From assembly GCA_944390005.1 (NCBI GenBank), contig CALXOJ010000003.1, positions 175,329-239,328 of the forward strand: 64,000 nt of DNA. Direction: 5' to 3'. Positions 62,082 to 64,000 of this stretch are shown here, piece by piece; the stretch's first letter is position 1, and each line of letters opens with the position of its first letter. Under the pieces are notes generated by a model that worked only from the letters and a program-made list of their open reading frames with translations, searched no databases and was not told the DNA's origin. The position numbers and the translations under genes are program-made. Origin of the DNA: an uncultured Spirochaetota bacterium (lineage in GTDB: Bacteria > Spirochaetota > Spirochaetia > JAFGXN01).

Positions 62082-63764
62082 ATGGCGCGCCGTTTTTTCG
62101 TTTCCTTTTTGATTTTGATTTTTTTTACCGGATGTCAGACGATCCGCATTTCCCGGGCGCAGTACGCGTCGGTTTACTTCAATTTGGCTAACGCTTACCG
62201 TGAACTGGAAAAGACGGATGATGCGTTAAAGGCGTACTATGAAGCACTGCGGGTGGATCCGTCACTGACACGAAATTCCTTCAATTTTTCAAAGCTTTTA
62301 ATCGAAAAAAAACGTTACGACGAAGCGCTGAAACTTCTGATTCCGATGCATGACGCCTCTCCTCAAAACACAATGATCCTCGAAGTTTTGGCTTATGTCT
62401 ACTATTTGAAAGGCGACTACACCGAGGCGGCCTCCTGTTATAAAACGATTCTGACCATCGATCCCCGTCACGAAAACGCACTCTTCAATTCGGCATTGCT
62501 TTACGAGGCGTTGGATATGCCGCGCGAGGCTTACGAGCGGTTGATCGAAACGCTTCCGTTTTTGGAAGATACGACCGACGCGCTGAAGAAAATCGCGCTG
62601 CTTGCCTATGATATCGGAGAATACGAGGATGCGCTGAAGTACATGAACGACTATTTGGCGAAGAAGAGCGACGATACGTCGATTGAATGGGAGTATGCGC
62701 GTATTTTGGCGAAGAACAAAGATTTTGAAAAGGCAGCCGAAATTTACGATAAATTGGATACAGACGCCAATACAAATGCCGAATTGACATTCGAACGAGC
62801 GGAGGTATATCTGCTCGGAATGGAGTCGTTTGAAAAAGGAAAAGAGATTTTAGCGAGGGCGATTGAAAACGGATTTTGGGAGACAGATCGGCTGTACGCG
62901 CTGGCGACAGCGCCCGATTTTCTCTATGGCGAGGAAATTACTGCTTATTTAAAAGAAGAAAATCTCTTTTTCAATCCGGAGAAAGAACGGTTGGCGGCGG
63001 CGCGTGCTGTTGAACGGCGCCGCGCGGCCGCGGAAGAGGCGAAGAAGGAAGCCGAAGCGGAAGAGGCCGGCGAAAGTGCGGGCGCTTCTTACGAAATCGG
63101 CGATGACAACGTTTTCTATGTCGATTTTAACGATCAAAAGGGAACTGTCGAAGACGAACCGGTTGTCGCGAGCGGCGGAAATGCGGATGCGCTTTCGGCC
63201 AGTGAGTCTTTTATTGCGATTTTTGACGGCGGAGATGAGGCGCTTGTTTCCGTTTCGTATTCAGGAACGGTGAAGCCTTCTTCTTCCGGAGGACTGTTCA
63301 ACAGCGTTTCGGATGCCGAGTCGTTCGGCAGCCTTTTCGGCGGATTTATGCGTGAAGATCCTCTGTCGAAAGACGGTTTGCCGATTTGGAGCGATTCCGT
63401 TTCGCTGGAATCGGAGTCATCGTCGGTCGTTCTCCGTCTCGAAAATCTGCCCGCCGGCACATACGAAATCGGTTTGCTGAGCGTCCGAAACGATACCTCC
63501 GTCGAAACGGATGCAGTCTTTGATGTGACCGTCGGCACGGTCAGCGGTGAACCGTCGGCAGTCGGTTTTACGGAAGACGGCGGCAGCGCTCCCGACGACG
63601 CCGTCCTGTCGGAAACGGACAAGTTTACCGTTTCCCGCAGCAGCGGCTCCGAAGCCCGCGGTTACGCGTTCATCTGGACGGTTGAGCCGGAAGACGGCGT
63701 TGCGGAGATTACCGTTTCCGGTACCTGTGCTTTGAACGCCGTTCGCGTTGAAAAGACCAATTAA
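62082..63764 (+). CDS. TPR-repeat lipoprotein with the same ~230-aa C-terminal module as the 35877 sulfatase
   Basis: Signal/lipobox MARRFFVSFLILIFFTGC. About 8 TPR repeats, then an A/E-rich linker. From GDDNVFYVDFNDQKG (nt ~63099) to the end it is homologous to sulfatase aa ~553-784. Confidence 0.65.
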   Translation: MARRFFVSFLILIFFTGCQTIRISRAQYASVYFNLANAYRELEKTDDALKAYYEALRVDPSLTRNSFNFSKLLIEKKRYDEALKLLIPMHDASPQNTMILEVLAYVYYLKGDYTEAASCYKTILTIDPRHENALFNSALLYEALDMPREAYERLIETLPFLEDTTDALKKIALLAYDIGEYEDALKYMNDYLAKKSDDTSIEWEYARILAKNKDFEKAAEIYDKLDTDANTNAELTFERAEVYLLGMESFEKGKEILARAIENGFWETDRLYALATAPDFLYGEEITAYLKEENLFFNPEKERLAAARAVERRRAAAEEAKKEAEAEEAGESAGASYEIGDDNVFYVDFNDQKGTVEDEPVVASGGNADALSASESFIAIFDGGDEALVSVSYSGTVKPSSSGGLFNSVSDAESFGSLFGGFMREDPLSKDGLPIWSDSVSLESESSSVVLRLENLPAGTYEIGLLSVRNDTSVETDAVFDVTVGTVSGEPSAVGFTEDGGSAPDDAVLSETDKFTVSRSSGSEARGYAFIWTVEPEDGVAEITVSGTCALNAVRVEKTN

Positions 63765-63780
63765 ACCGTTCGGCAATCCG

Positions 63781-64000
63781 ATGAAGAGGCGAAAAAATCA
63801 AGCAGCAACATTCGGTGAATCCGCAATGCGGTTCTTAAAACGCCGATTTCTTCTTGTTGCGGCGCTGACAGCGGCGATTCTCTCCTCGTTTTTTGTAAAG
63901 CCTTCAATGCAGCAGCTTTTTGAAGCGGTTGATTTTCGCGTTTTGGGGCTGCTGTTTGCGCTGATGGCGGTCATTCAGGGGTTCCGCAGCGCTTCTGTTA
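63781..64000 (+). CDS. membrane permease, N-terminal fragment (3' end outside window)
   Basis: An open frame runs from ATG 63781 (or ATG 63826) to the window end. The hydrophobic TM-like segments RFLLVAALTAAILSSFFV and AVDFRVLGLLFALMAVIQGF resemble the N-termini of ArsB/NhaD-superfamily permeases. This is a weak call. Confidence 0.3.
   Translation, partial: MKRRKNQAATFGESAMRFLKRRFLLVAALTAAILSSFFVKPSMQQLFEAVDFRVLGLLFALMAVIQGFRSASV

Overview
This 64-kb window looks like a Spirochaetota (Treponema-like) chromosomal segment; that taxonomic call is inference from gene content, not a search result. The core is ordinary housekeeping and envelope genes. Embedded in it are three accessory patches. 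**Core genes.** A minus-strand block at the left carries a partial outer-membrane barrel, an AlkA-like glycosylase, cdr, a DD-carboxypeptidase, hemolysin III, an ABC-F ATPase and a five-gene MltD envelope operon. It is followed by clpS-clpA, a C_GCAxxG_C_C protein, a GPH/MFS transporter, trkA-trkH, gltX, a degenerate HD-GYP protein, a TGS/uridine-kinase-like protein and mnmE. Further right are an EF-G paralog, a TetR regulator, a SIMPL-domain protein, two Ser-type sulfatases, korDABC, murG-cvpA-holB and a sigma54 two-component pair, then lysC-asd, pta, bactofilin, TPR proteins and mtaB. I call five tRNAs: Pro-CGG, Arg-TCT, Pro-TGG, Lys-TTT and Glu-TTC. **Accessory patch 1 (25.4-30.3 kb).** An AT-rich pair of secreted proteases: an astacin-like zincin and a clostripain-like C11 peptidase. 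**Accessory patch 2 (33.4-39.9 kb).** Two direct copies of an Rpn/TIGR01784-family PD-(D/E)XK 'putative transposase' gene, each followed by a 56-57-bp tandem repeat array. One copy lies in a 1.6-kb unit bounded by perfect 15-bp inverted repeats. A solo end of the same element sits at a tRNA locus 18 kb away. Between the copies lies a sulfatase gene whose promoter spacer contains a G11 tract, preceded by a 5'-truncated FN3-like gene fragment. **Accessory patch 3 (54.0-57.7 kb).** A tandemly duplicated promoter-plus-gene unit encoding FGE-sulfatase-domain lipoproteins with Listeria-Bacteroides repeats, bracketed by tRNA genes. **Other signals.** A (CAACT)x15 microsatellite lies in a divergent promoter region. 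A previously unrecognised ~230-aa C-terminal module is shared by a sulfatase and an unrelated TPR lipoprotein. A GC-rich hairpin motif family recurs at several gene ends. All coordinates were checked by hand against the sequence. The ORF track reports GTG/TTG starts as M, so several starts were re-placed at internal ATGs with RBS or signal-peptide support.
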